Assembly: GCA_945903305.1 (NCBI GenBank)
Contig: CAMDOA010000007.1
Span: 1,027 to 65,026, forward strand
Direction of reading: 5' to 3'
DNA from: Chitinophaga pinensis
GTDB lineage: Bacteria > Bacteroidota > Bacteroidia > Chitinophagales > UBA10324
Length of the DNA stretch: 64,000 bases
In this document: positions 37,703 to 47,922 of the stretch, in pieces
Numbering within the stretch: position 1 is the first letter of the stretch
Layout of the letters: every line of letters begins with the position of its first letter
Translations under genes and position numbers: made by a program
Notes under the pieces: model-generated
What the model saw: the letters and a program-made list of their open reading frames with translations, nothing else
Told to the model about the DNA's origin: nothing
Database searches by the model: none

Positions 37703-40126
37703 CTATCCGATCTCCGGAAAATTATTCGGGTCGCTTTCGCGCATCATAGCATACACTGCTTCAAACACATCTTCTGCATTTGGTTTGCAGAAATAATTTC
37801 CATCGCTGGCATAGGCGCCGCGGTTTTCTTTTGCAGTAATTGTTTTTGGTAAACTGTCTAAGTGTTGTAAAGCATTTTGTTCTTCCAAAACTTTCTGCAA
37901 CATAAAAGCAGAGGCACCACCGGGAACATCTTCATCTAAGAAAATAACTCTGTTTGTTTTTTTTATGCTCTCAACAATTCCATAATGTAAATCAAAAGGC
38001 AATAAAGATTGCACATCAACTATCTCCACTGAAATGCCAACTGAAGCGGCTTTTTCGGCTGCTTCTTCTGCAATGCGGCAACAAGAACCATAAGTGACTA
38101 TGGTAATATCATCACCTTCGCGAATCACATCGGGAACTCCGAGCGGAACAGTAAATGCGCCAATGTTGGAAGGTAATTTTTCTTTTAACCTATATCCATT
38201 TAAACATTCAATAACCAATGCCGGCTCATCTGATTGCAGTAGCGTGTTATAAAATCCTGCTGCTTGTGTCATGTTGCGCGGAACACAAAAATTAATTCCG
38301 CGAATTGAATTTAAAATCATTCCGATTGGCGAACCGGTGTGCCAGATGCCTTCGAACCGATGACCGCGTGTGCGAATTATGAGCGGCGCTTTTTGTCCGC
38401 CGGCGGAGCGATATAACAGAGTTGCTAAATCATCACTCAACGGTTGCAATGCATAAAGCAGGTAATCAAGATATTGAATTTCAGCAATGGGGCGAATACC
38501 TCGCATGGCTAATCCAATTCCTTGTCCGATAATAGTTGCTTCACGAATTCCAGTATCAAACACCCGATGTTCACCATACTTTGCCTGCAATCCGGCGAAG
38601 CCCTGATTCACATCACCAATGCGACCAACATCTTCTCCAAAAGCAATTAGCTGATTATTATTTGCAAGCGCATAATCAAAAAATGCATTTAACACTTCAA
38701 AGCCATTTACATAAATCGCATTCTCATCATATTCAGGTTTTACTTCGGCAACTTTTAATGCGGCATATTTTGATTCGCTGGTTAAGTGTGAAGTATAAAT
38801 GCGATTGCCGCGAGCGAGGTAATTATTTTTCCAATCAGCTAATTGTTGTCGTACAGCAAAATTTTCGTTTCGGGTCAACAATAAAATTTCTCTTGCTGTA
38901 ATCAATGCATCTTTACGAATTGCATCTGGCATTTGAATGAGTTCAACTTTTTTCTGTATTATGATTTCAGCAAACTCACTTTGTGAAGCCACCTCTTCCA
39001 ATAAAACAGCTAACTCATCCCGCTCTTCTTTCAATGGTTGATTGAAATCTTTTAATGCACGGCGTGCCGCATCACGAACTTCCATTTTTGAATCGTTTTC
39101 AATTTCATCCAATTCATCTACAGAAGCAATGGCGGTTTTAATAATCCATTCGCGCATTTTTTTGTTGCAATCAAATTCTTTTTCCCAATCTAATCGTTCC
39201 TTGGTTTTATATCTTTCATGAGAACCTGATGTAGAGTGACCTTGTGGTTGTGTTAATTCTTTCACATGAATCAAACAAGGAATATGTGTTGCTCGTGTTT
39301 TTGAAATTGCCTTTGTATAAGTTTCCATCAGTGCAGGATAATCCCACCCGTTGACTATGTAAATATCAATTCCATTTCCGTTCTCATCGATTTGAAATCC
39401 GCTGACGATTTCAGAAATATTTTCTTTCGTAGTTTGATATTTCTGTGGAACTGAAATTCCATAACCATCATCCCAAACCGAAATGGCAAGAGGTACTTTT
39501 AAAACTCCGGCTGCATTTAATGTTTCCCAAAAATGTCCTTCAGAAGTTGAAGAATCACCAATAGTGGCAAAGGTTACTTCATTTCCATTAATTGAAAACT
39601 GATTTTCATTTTTTAAAGCTGCTGACTCTCGATACATTTTTGAAGCCAATGCTAAACCTAAAGCTCGGGGCATTTGCGAGGCTGTTGGCGAAGCATCAGC
39701 AGATGTATTTTTTGATTCAGTATGATTTTTCCATTCGCCGTTTTCATCAATTAATCGGGTAGCGAAATGTGCATTCATCATGCGACCACCGCTGTGCGGT
39801 TCACGCTCAATATTATCATCGGCATACAATTGAGAAAATAAATGTTCGAGTGTAGCAATTCCTGTGGCCAAAGCAAATGTCTGGTCGCGATAATAACCTG
39901 AACGAAAATCGCCATTCTGAAAAACCTTTGCCATGGCAATTTGCGCCACTTCTTTTCCGTCACCGAAAATTCCAAACTTTGCTTTTCCTGTTAAAACTTC
40001 CTTTCGACCCAGTAAACTTGCTTCACGACTTAAACTCACAAGTTTATAATCAGCTAAAATTTCTTTTCTGAAATCACTGAACGATAATGTTTTCTCTGTC
40101 GTACTCTGTATGGATTGCTTCTTCAT
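37703..40126 (-). CDS. 2-oxoacid (branched-chain keto-acid type) dehydrogenase E1 component, fused alpha and beta subunits
   Basis: About 807 aa. The N-terminal half is a TPP-binding E1-alpha region (GDSSTSEGHFWETLN). The C-terminal half is an E1-beta/transketolase-like region (RVFDTGIREATIIGQGIG). Start set to the ATG at 40124-40126. Confidence 0.85.
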   Translation of the reverse strand: MKKQSIQSTTEKTLSFSDFRKEILADYKLVSLSREASLLGRKEVLTGKAKFGIFGDGKEVAQIAMAKVFQNGDFRSGYYRDQTFALATGIATLEHLFSQLYADDNIEREPHSGGRMMNAHFATRLIDENGEWKNHTESKNTSADASPTASQMPRALGLALASKMYRESAALKNENQFSINGNEVTFATIGDSSTSEGHFWETLNAAGVLKVPLAISVWDDGYGISVPQKYQTTKENISEIVSGFQIDENGNGIDIYIVNGWDYPALMETYTKAISKTRATHIPCLIHVKELTQPQGHSTSGSHERYKTKERLDWEKEFDCNKKMREWIIKTAIASVDELDEIENDSKMEVRDAARRALKDFNQPLKEERDELAVLLEEVASQSEFAEIIIQKKVELIQMPDAIRKDALITAREILLLTRNENFAVRQQLADWKNNYLARGNRIYTSHLTSESKYAALKVAEVKPEYDENAIYVNGFEVLNAFFDYALANNNQLIAFGEDVGRIGDVNQGFAGLQAKYGEHRVFDTGIREATIIGQGIGLAMRGIRPIAEIQYLDYLLYALQPLSDDLATLLYRSAGGQKAPLIIRTRGHRFEGIWHTGSPIGMILNSIRGINFCVPRNMTQAAGFYNTLLQSDEPALVIECLNGYRLKEKLPSNIGAFTVPLGVPDVIREGDDITIVTYGSCCRIAEEAAEKAASVGISVEIVDVQSLLPFDLHYGIVESIKKTNRVIFLDEDVPGGASAFMLQKVLEEQNALQHLDSLPKTITAKENRGAYASDGNYFCKPNAEDVFEAVYAMMRESDPNNFPEIG

Positions 40127-40246
40127 ATGATTTGGTATCGCTTCAAAAATAAACAAGATTGGTTCGAATCAAACGGTTTAAAGAATTTGAAAATGTTTTG
40201 GAAAAAGGTTTGCTAATTTCTGTAGCATTGAATTAAATTAGCCACC

Positions 40247-40708
40247 TTGAAAAAATTTTACACTCCCTTTATTCTTTTTTTAGGAATATTTATTCTGAAC
40301 TATTTTTCAGCAATAGCACAAACTACAAATGCGAAAACCGACAGCGCCGTTTTAAGTTTCAAAGAAAAAATTTATGATTTTGGAAATGTAAAACAGGGCG
40401 AATCGGTCACTCACGAATTCAAATTTAAAAATACCGGAAATAAACCATTGGTGATTAGCGATGTGGTGAAAGGGTGTGGATGCACAACCGCAAGATGGAC
40501 ACCAGAGCCTGTATTGCCAGGTGGAGAGGGTTCTGTTTGGGCAACTTTCAATTCTAATATTGGATATGGTCATATTATGAAGCCTTTGCATATATATTCG
40601 AATGCATCAACTCAAAAAATGGAAATTTATATTCAATGCGAACTGTTAAATGAAAAGTTTAACGAGGAGAAAGCAGATTCTATCAAGAATAATTTAGTTC
40701 CTCACTGA
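40247..40708 (+). CDS. DUF1573-domain secreted protein
   Basis: Signal peptide; FKFKNTGNKPLVISDVVKGCGCTTARW. TTG is the only start available after the in-frame stop at 40229. Confidence 0.8.
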   Translation: MKKFYTPFILFLGIFILNYFSAIAQTTNAKTDSAVLSFKEKIYDFGNVKQGESVTHEFKFKNTGNKPLVISDVVKGCGCTTARWTPEPVLPGGEGSVWATFNSNIGYGHIMKPLHIYSNASTQKMEIYIQCELLNEKFNEEKADSIKNNLVPH

Positions 40709-40785
40709 TTTTTGTTTCTTTTGGCACCATCATTGTAAATTTCACAACCCAATAAATAAATTTTAAACCCAAAAAAATCAAAGAA

Positions 40786-41277
40786 ATGAAAAGAATTTTT
40801 GCAACCATGATTTCACTTGCTTTTGTAACAGGTGTTTCATTCGCACAAACAACTACTCCTGTAACAGGAACTACAGCACCAGTAACCACAGCTCCGGATA
40901 ACCCAAATGCGGGTGACTTCAAATTTTCTGAAGAAACTTGGGATTTCACGAATATTCCACAAAACAAACCTGTAACTCACGATTTCACTTTCACTAATAC
41001 CGGTAAAGAGCCAATTGTAATTACAAATGTTCAGGCTTCATGCGGTTGCACTTCACCAAAGTGGCCTAAAGAACCAATTCTTCCTGGTAAATCAGAAACC
41101 ATAGCGGTTACTTTCAATGCTGCACATGCCGGAAGTTTTAACAAATCAATTACGGTTACTTCGAATGCAAAATCACCTACCAAAGTTTTATACATAAAAG
41201 GAAGTGTTGAAGCTGCACCGATTGAGCAAACAACTCCTGAGCAACAACCAAATATGTTGCAAACCACTCCGAAATAA
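40786..41277 (+). CDS. DUF1573-domain secreted protein (paralog)
   Basis: Signal peptide, a Thr/Pro-rich linker, then FTFTNTGKEPIVITNVQASCGCTSPKW. Confidence 0.8.
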   Translation: MKRIFATMISLAFVTGVSFAQTTTPVTGTTAPVTTAPDNPNAGDFKFSEETWDFTNIPQNKPVTHDFTFTNTGKEPIVITNVQASCGCTSPKWPKEPILPGKSETIAVTFNAAHAGSFNKSITVTSNAKSPTKVLYIKGSVEAAPIEQTTPEQQPNMLQTTPK

Positions 41278-41303
41278 TTATTACATACTTAATAAACTTT
41301 GAA

Positions 41304-41337
41304 AACTCCTCTGATTATTCAGAGGAGTTTTTTTTTA
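41304..41337 (+). terminator. rho-independent terminator
   Basis: Stem aactcctctga / tcagaggagtt with loop ttat, followed by a T run. Confidence 0.85.
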
Positions 41338-41434
41338 TAAAAATGCATTCGAATTAAATTATCAGCATTAAGTAGGTTCAAATTTGCGAAGTGCTTAATG
41401 CTGTTTCCTAAAAGCTTGTATATACTTTTGTGCC

Positions 41435-42691
41435 ATGCCGAACATTTCAAAAAAGGGGCTAACAATGCCCGCTTCTCCCATTCGAAAACTGGTTCCTTAT
41501 GCTGAAGCCGCTAAGAAATTGGGTAAAAAAGTTTATCACCTCAATATTGGTCAACCCGATATTGAAACTCCAAAAGAAGTTTTTGATGCGATGAGAAATA
41601 TTGATTTCAAAGTTTTGGAATACAGTCACAGCGCAGGTATTGAATCATACAGAAAAAAATTAGCTGAGAATTATCAATCTAAATATAAAATCAATATTGA
41701 TTTTTCGCAGGTGATGATTACAACTGGGGGCAGCGAAGCACTTTCGTTTGCCATGATGAGTTGCATGAATCCGAGTGATGAAATAATTATCCCGGAACCA
41801 TTTTATGCAAACTACAATGGCTTTGCCTGTGCTGCCGATATAAAAATTGTTCCGGTTACTGCATTGATTGAAACAGGTTTTGCATTGCCGGCAATTTCTG
41901 AATTTGAAAAAAGAATTACTTCAAACACTAAAGCAATTTTAATATGCAATCCGAATAACCCAACAGGATATTTGTATTCAGAAGAAGAATTGAAAGAGTT
42001 AAAAGATTTAGTGGTAAAGCACGATTTGTTTTTGTTTGTGGATGAAGTGTATCGTGATTTTTGTTATGATGGCAAAAAACATTTTTCTGTTTTGAATTTA
42101 GATGGGCTCGATAAAAATGTGGTGGTGGTTGATTCAGTTTCGAAAAGATTCAGCATGTGCGGTGCGCGTGTGGGTTGTGTGATAACACGAAACGCAGAAC
42201 TGATGAATACGATGTTAAAATTTGCGCAGGCAAGATTATCGCCGCCAACATTCGGTCAGGTTGCATCGGAAGCTGCGTTGAAAGTGGCTGATAATTATTT
42301 TGAAGCCATTAACAAAGAATATATCAGTCGAAGAAATTTATTGGTTGAAGGACTGAATAAAATTGAAGGAGTTACTTGCCCCAAACCGGGTGGCGCATTT
42401 TATACAATTGCACGATTACCAATTGATGATTCAGATAAATTCTGTCAATGGTTATTGGAATCTTTTTCATATAAACCTTCAGGGTCTTCTGTGAATGACC
42501 CTGAGGTGACTGTCATGCTTGCACCGGCAACCGGATTTTATTCAACTGTAGGAAAAGGGAAACAGGAAGTTCGGATTGCTTATGTATTGAACAAAACAGA
42601 TTTACAAAATGCGATTGATTGTTTAGCAGAGGCGCTAAAAGTTTATCCTGGTAAAACAATTTTATTGCAAGAAGTAAAAGCTGTTGGATAA
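41435..42691 (+). CDS. PLP-dependent aminotransferase, class I (aspartate/aromatic type)
   Basis: MPASPIRKL, NIGQPD, NPNNPTG and the SVSKRFSMCGARVG lysine motif. A TACTTTTG box at 41423-41430 lies only 5 nt from this ATG, so the ATG at 41465 is an alternative start. Confidence 0.85.
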   Translation: MPNISKKGLTMPASPIRKLVPYAEAAKKLGKKVYHLNIGQPDIETPKEVFDAMRNIDFKVLEYSHSAGIESYRKKLAENYQSKYKINIDFSQVMITTGGSEALSFAMMSCMNPSDEIIIPEPFYANYNGFACAADIKIVPVTALIETGFALPAISEFEKRITSNTKAILICNPNNPTGYLYSEEELKELKDLVVKHDLFLFVDEVYRDFCYDGKKHFSVLNLDGLDKNVVVVDSVSKRFSMCGARVGCVITRNAELMNTMLKFAQARLSPPTFGQVASEAALKVADNYFEAINKEYISRRNLLVEGLNKIEGVTCPKPGGAFYTIARLPIDDSDKFCQWLLESFSYKPSGSSVNDPEVTVMLAPATGFYSTVGKGKQEVRIAYVLNKTDLQNAIDCLAEALKVYPGKTILLQEVKAVG

Positions 42692-42704
42692 TTTTATTTT
42701 CTGA

Positions 42705-43901
42705 TTACAAAACATAATCACTCAGGTAATCAAACTTCGAAGTCAACTGACCATTCTTGGCAATGGTTGCGCGTTCAATAATATTGCTTTCCTGTTCTAT
42801 TAATTCTTCCATTACATATTCAATCAGCTTGTTGCCAAATTCCTCACTGGCTTCGCGTGGCAATTCATTCGGAAGATTACTCACCGCCATCACATCAATT
42901 CCCTGTGGTTGATATGGAGTTTCTTCGGATTCAGTATTTGGGTTATAACCGAAAACAGGATTTGGAATACTTGTATCGCGAATGGTTGATGGTACTGAAC
43001 CATTTACATCGCAGGTAATATCGGCAATCACTTTTATTTTAAAATCAGGTGAGCGCATATCTGCTTTTGTAAAAAACTGCGGAGCTTTCGGACTCCAGTA
43101 AATAGCATTTAGGAATAAGTTAGTGACTTTAGCAAACGGTAAAAATGCTGATTCATACTGCTCAGGATGCTTATGAAAATCTTCACGGTTAAAAGTTTTT
43201 CCATCCTTGCGCTCATACAATTGCGATGTATTTAACACCACAAACACAGGTTCATCAAAAGTTTTTGTCAGGTAATTCTGAACACTTACTATTCTGATAT
43301 TGAGTTTTTCTAAAATTTCAAATACACCTCTCGCCACTCTTCCTGTTCCGGTTACTGCAATTTTTATTGGTGGAATTTTAATGTGTTTGTACTGCTCCAG
43401 CATCTCATCATAATCACTACATAGATGAGCAGGTTTCAAATTAAAAAGTTTGTAACGGTTTCCATAAGTTAAAAATCCATTGTGTGTGCCGACTATTCCG
43501 GCAAAAAATCCGAAGCCAAGAATGCGCTCACCATTTTCCCAAACCAGGCATTCATAATCTATCAACTGAATTTTTTTCTTCAGAATGATTTTTAATAATT
43601 CCTGATTGTGTGGTTGCTTTTTTATAGTGTGCGAAAAGAATAAATATTTTTTTGCGGGAATCAATTGTTCTTTAGGAACTTCCTTAATTCCCATCAGCAC
43701 ATCAGCATCCGAAATATCTTCTTGCAACACAATTCCCTCACTGGAATATTCTTCATCTTTAAAACAACGAACAGGTGATTGCTGAACCACAATTTGCAAT
43801 TCAGGATATTTATTCATGAGCCAGATACATTGCTCGGGTGAAAATGCAACTCGTGTATCAACCGGAATTTTCCCTTCTCTTATCAATGCAATTTTCATCA
43901 A
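42705..43901 (-). CDS. alanine dehydrogenase/PNT-fold oxidoreductase, saccharopine dehydrogenase (lysine-ketoglutarate reductase)-like
   Basis: 398 aa with MKIALIREGKIPVDTRVA and the Rossmann motif AVTGTGRVARG. Confidence 0.65.
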   Translation of the reverse strand: MMKIALIREGKIPVDTRVAFSPEQCIWLMNKYPELQIVVQQSPVRCFKDEEYSSEGIVLQEDISDADVLMGIKEVPKEQLIPAKKYLFFSHTIKKQPHNQELLKIILKKKIQLIDYECLVWENGERILGFGFFAGIVGTHNGFLTYGNRYKLFNLKPAHLCSDYDEMLEQYKHIKIPPIKIAVTGTGRVARGVFEILEKLNIRIVSVQNYLTKTFDEPVFVVLNTSQLYERKDGKTFNREDFHKHPEQYESAFLPFAKVTNLFLNAIYWSPKAPQFFTKADMRSPDFKIKVIADITCDVNGSVPSTIRDTSIPNPVFGYNPNTESEETPYQPQGIDVMAVSNLPNELPREASEEFGNKLIEYVMEELIEQESNIIERATIAKNGQLTSKFDYLSDYVL

Positions 43902-44011
43902 ATTGTTTTTCTATTCCGATTTTTTTCGGAGGTGCCGCAAATGTAATCGGCAAATATTTTTTTTAGCATCGCAGTGGAACTTATTACACCTATTTTTGCT
44001 CCTATTAACCT

Positions 44012-44378
44012 GGGGCTGACAGGAATTGACAGCATCGTTCTTTGTATGTAAGCATGTAGAGCATTGTGGGGCAAGCTCTTTAATATCTATCCTTCAACGC
44101 CCTAATAGGCAACACTTCTTACAGAATGGCTGCTTAATCGCAAAGCGATTTAGTGCCTTCAGTTCCTTGCAGATTTTACCTGAGAAGCTGCAACCCGAAC
44201 TTCGAAAAATCAGGTTGGTTTGACTTTTATCTTTTTGAGTCACGCGAGATACAATGAAAGATAAGATTGAAGTTTGGTTGTTCTGTACCTGCTTCCTTCC
44301 GAAAACCAAACAGAAATACACATGTAGAAATCATATAATGGCATTGTCTGGACCAGGGTTCGAATCCCTGCAGCTCCA
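44012..44378 (+). ncRNA. ssrA: transfer-messenger RNA
   Basis: The 5' end is GGGGCTGACAGGAATTGACAGC and the 3' end is GGACCAGGGTTCGAATCCCTGCAGCTCCA (T-arm plus acceptor). The tag ORF at 44108-44137 reads GGC AAC ACT TCT TAC AGA ATG GCT GCT TAA = GNTSYRMAA. CCA is not fully encoded. Confidence 0.9.
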
Positions 44379-44396
44379 CAAGTTCAACTCTGAAAT

Positions 44397-44433
44397 CCTT
44401 GCAAACATTAAGTTTGTAAGGGTTTTATTTTTT
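44397..44433 (+). terminator. rho-independent terminator of ssrA
   Basis: 10-bp stem ccttgcaaac / gtttgtaagg (one G-U pair), loop attaa, then ttttatttttt. Confidence 0.75.
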
Positions 44434-44633
44434 AAGGGGACAGTAGAGCGGAAACTTATTTTATTTGTTAAATGCCTGGCTATAACTGAAAGTCATTTGT
44501 TTATTAATAAGTAAAATTTCTATCTGACAAATGGCCACGATAAATGTGTAAGGAGTAATTTTTTATGAAAAAAAATTCTACTTCTAACATGAACTTGCAT
44601 AATTCATTTATATGTTTTTTTTATTTTATTGAG

Positions 44634-44663
44634 TTGCCAACTAAAATGTAACCATTACTTTTG
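44634..44663 (+). promoter_or_regulatory. Bacteroidota-type promoter of corA (TTG-N19-TACTTTTG)
   Basis: TTG at 44634-44636 and TACTTTTG at 44656-44663, 37 nt upstream of the ATG. Confidence 0.45.
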
Positions 44664-44699
44664 CCGCGCACCAAATATTAACTGCATAGATGGACGGCG

Positions 44700-45647
44700 A
44701 TGATCAAATACTACAAAACATATGAGGGAAAGCTTAAACAGTTGGATGCGCCGGAGTCTGGTTGCTGGATAAACATTTATCCGCCTTTTAACCATGAAAA
44801 TCTTAAAAAATTAAGCGAACAATACAATATTCCGATTGATTTTTTAATTGACTCTTTAGATATTGAAGAGCGTTCGCGTTTTGAACATGAAGATGACACT
44901 GATTTGATTGTGTTAAAAATTCCAATGGCAAACGATTCAGAAAATGATCGGGAAGCCAGGTTTATCACCATTCCATTAGGAATTATTTTGGTCAATGATA
45001 TTGTGATTACAATCAGTCCTTATGAAAATCAGGTAATAGATTGCTTTTTAAATAACAATGTTAAAAATGTAAATATTGCCGACCGCAGCAAATTTGTTTT
45101 ACAAATATTTGATCGCTGTGTATTTTATTATCTGTATTTTTTGAAAGAAATAAATAATGAAAGCAATGCTTATGAAAAGGAATTGTATGCATCCATGCGG
45201 AACGAAGAATTATTGAAATTACTGAAGATTGAAAAAAGCCTGGTTTATTTCGTTACATCACTTAGAAGTAATGAATTGATGATGCTGAAGATTCAACGAA
45301 CAGATTTTTTAAAAATTAAATCAGATGAAGATCAGCAAGAGTTTTTTAGCGATACAATAATTGATATGAGTCAGGCCCTTGAAATGTCGAATACTTATAC
45401 CAATATTCTGGGAGGAACCATGGATGCTTTTGCCAGCATAATCAGTAATAATCTGAACCTGGTAATGAAACGGCTTACTTCTGTAACTATTGTTATTACA
45501 GTGCCGATGTTAGTGGCCAGTTTGTATGGTATGAATGTGCGAATTCCGTATGAAGAAAATAAATATGCGTTTTATTTTATCATGGCTTTTTGCATAGTTA
45601 CCGCTTTTGGACTGATACTATTGTTTAAGAAATTGAAGTGGTGGTAA
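44700..45647 (+). CDS. corA: CorA-family magnesium/cobalt transporter
   Basis: 315 aa with two C-terminal TM helices and the signature LYGMNV. Confidence 0.9.
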   Translation: MIKYYKTYEGKLKQLDAPESGCWINIYPPFNHENLKKLSEQYNIPIDFLIDSLDIEERSRFEHEDDTDLIVLKIPMANDSENDREARFITIPLGIILVNDIVITISPYENQVIDCFLNNNVKNVNIADRSKFVLQIFDRCVFYYLYFLKEINNESNAYEKELYASMRNEELLKLLKIEKSLVYFVTSLRSNELMMLKIQRTDFLKIKSDEDQQEFFSDTIIDMSQALEMSNTYTNILGGTMDAFASIISNNLNLVMKRLTSVTIVITVPMLVASLYGMNVRIPYEENKYAFYFIMAFCIVTAFGLILLFKKLKWW

Positions 45648-45674
45648 AGGAGATTAGAAATTAAAAATCAGAAA

Positions 45675-46655
45675 TTAAAGATTATTGCACTTTGAATTTT
45701 CTTGATTGAATCTGAATCCTCTTAAAAATTCTTCTGTTTTTATTTTCTTTTTTCCTTCCAGTTGCAATTCAAGAATTTCAAGCAATCCATCTGCACATTG
45801 AATTCTTAAAAATGTTTTTCCGTCGGTTATAATTTCTCCGGGAGAAATTGCTGTTAATTGTGAATTGTCAATCGTCAATATTTTCGAACGAAAAATCTTT
45901 AAAGTTTTACCGTTCAGTTTAGTGAATGCAGCAGGGTAGGGTGATAATCCTCGGATAAGATTGTTAATTTGTTGCGCGGAAATGTTCCAGTTGATTCGGC
46001 AGGATTCAGTAAAAAGTTTTGGTGCTTTTTTGATTTCAGCTGAAAATGTTTGTGGCGTTAATTTATAGTTTCCTGTTTCAATCAGTTGCACAGTTTTTAA
46101 AACCAATTCAGCGCCGAGCAGCATTAATTCATTGTGCAGTTCGCCTGCATTTTCTTCTTCTGTGATTTTTATATTCTGCTGAAGTATAATTTTTCCGGTA
46201 TCAATTTCATGTTCCAGAAAAAAAGTGGTTGCGCCCGATTCTTTTTCTCCATTGATAATTGCCCAGTTGATTGGCGCAGCTCCGCGATATTGCGGAAGTA
46301 GAGATGCATGTAAATTAAAAGTTCCGATGCGTGGCATTTTCCAAACTGCTTCAGGCAACATTCGAAACGCAACAACAATCTGCAAATCAGGATTAAGTAT
46401 TTGTAGTTGCTCAATAAATTCAGGGGACTTTAATTTTTCAGGTTGCAGTATGTTCAGATTATTTTCTCGTGCAAATTTTTTCAGTGCCGATTCATGCAAT
46501 TGCATTCCTCGTCCTGCGCGTTTATCTGGAGCGGTTACAACACCAATAACATCATAATTATTTTCAATCAGAATTTTTAATGAAGGCACCGCAAATTCAG
46601 GTGTTCCCATAAAAACTATTCGCAGCTTCGGTTTATTTTCTGAAGGTAGGCTCAT
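45675..46655 (-). CDS. fmt: methionyl-tRNA formyltransferase
   Basis: RIVFMGTPEFAV and NLHASLLPQYRGAAPINWAI. 326 aa. Confidence 0.92.
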   Translation of the reverse strand: MSLPSENKPKLRIVFMGTPEFAVPSLKILIENNYDVIGVVTAPDKRAGRGMQLHESALKKFARENNLNILQPEKLKSPEFIEQLQILNPDLQIVVAFRMLPEAVWKMPRIGTFNLHASLLPQYRGAAPINWAIINGEKESGATTFFLEHEIDTGKIILQQNIKITEEENAGELHNELMLLGAELVLKTVQLIETGNYKLTPQTFSAEIKKAPKLFTESCRINWNISAQQINNLIRGLSPYPAAFTKLNGKTLKIFRSKILTIDNSQLTAISPGEIITDGKTFLRIQCADGLLEILELQLEGKKKIKTEEFLRGFRFNQENSKCNNL

Positions 46656-47848
46656 TCAAAATCTTTATACAATAAATATTTTTTTCTGGTTTCCTTAAAT
46701 TTAAAAATACCCGGTTGCCATGCCTGATGAATCATAAAATCTGATTGGCCGTTTATGATAGCTGATTTCAACTGATCAGTACCGGCAAGTTTATCAAAGT
46801 AGGGAGTAAAAAATTCATCTTTGTTTTGATAAGTCAAATAAAACTGAATTAACCAACTCAGAAATATTTTTTTATTCTCATAAAAATATCCCCCATTGTA
46901 AACTGCTAGATCTAAACCCAGGCATTGTTGATTAACAAACACAGGATTGGATGCACCGGGTTTGCTAACCGGCGTGAAATATGTTTTTCCGATTTTACTT
47001 CCCGGATAGCCCACCACTTGAAATGGTTTATCAGTTCCTCGTCCAACACTTAACGGTGTTCCTTCAAATAAACAAGTTGATGGATATAAATAAACTGCGG
47101 TCATGTTAGTGAGATTGGGTGATGGTTTTCTTGGCAAAATATATTTCACCGTGTGATCATAACCATCACATAAAACAATATTTAAATCGCATTGTACAGA
47201 GTCTTTTAATAACTTTTCTCCGTTTAAAAAATGCGCGTATTCAGCCACTGTCATGGCATGAACAATTGGAATGGCCTGCATGCCTACAAACGACTCGTAT
47301 TTTTTTTCAAGTATCGGTCCATCAATGTACCACCCATTGGGGTTTGGCCGGTCAAGAATTAAAAGTGGTTTATTATTTTCAGCACAAGCCTCCATCAAAT
47401 ATTGTAATGTACTGATGTAGGTGTAAAATCGGACACCCACATCCTGAATATCAAAAATCAAAATATCTATATCCTCTAAATCTTCAACAGTTGGTTTTTT
47501 ATGATTTCCATAAAGTGAAATAATCGGAAGCTTGGTGGCTGAGTCAATGGAATTTGAAATATTATATCCGGCATCGGCACTTCCTCTGAATCCATGCTCA
47601 GGAGCAAATATTTTTTTTACACGAACACCCAGAGCCAAAAGTGAATCGACTAAATGTGTATTATGAATATAGGAAGTTGCGTTTACTACGAGTCCGGCAT
47701 TTTTATCTTTTAACTGCTCTAAATATTTTTCAGGTTGCTCGGCACCGGTTTTTACAGTTGGAAAAGGTCCGAACGGTTGAGCGATTATAAATTCATTGAA
47801 AAAAATAAATTGAATAAAAACTAAAAAATAAAATGAATATCGCTTCAT
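46652..47848 (-). CDS. DUF1343-family protein (NamZ-like exo-muramidase family)
   Basis: Signal peptide after the ATG at 47846-47848. Motifs are FAPEHGFRG, FDIQDVGVRFYTYISTL and LDRPNP. The stop overlaps the fmt start by 4 nt. Confidence 0.8.
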   Translation of the reverse strand: MKRYSFYFLVFIQFIFFNEFIIAQPFGPFPTVKTGAEQPEKYLEQLKDKNAGLVVNATSYIHNTHLVDSLLALGVRVKKIFAPEHGFRGSADAGYNISNSIDSATKLPIISLYGNHKKPTVEDLEDIDILIFDIQDVGVRFYTYISTLQYLMEACAENNKPLLILDRPNPNGWYIDGPILEKKYESFVGMQAIPIVHAMTVAEYAHFLNGEKLLKDSVQCDLNIVLCDGYDHTVKYILPRKPSPNLTNMTAVYLYPSTCLFEGTPLSVGRGTDKPFQVVGYPGSKIGKTYFTPVSKPGASNPVFVNQQCLGLDLAVYNGGYFYENKKIFLSWLIQFYLTYQNKDEFFTPYFDKLAGTDQLKSAIINGQSDFMIHQAWQPGIFKFKETRKKYLLYKDFE

Positions 47849-47922
47849 TGGTTTGGATTCTTTTCTTTGCAATGATAAATGAGCATATCGTAACTCATCA
47901 TTAAAAATGCCAACTTAACGGA

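Noticed and set aside
44380-44699. Genomic island integrated at the tmRNA 3' end
   Set aside because: There is no integrase, no phage or ICE genes and no visible direct repeat of the ssrA 3' end. The next gene is corA with its own promoter.
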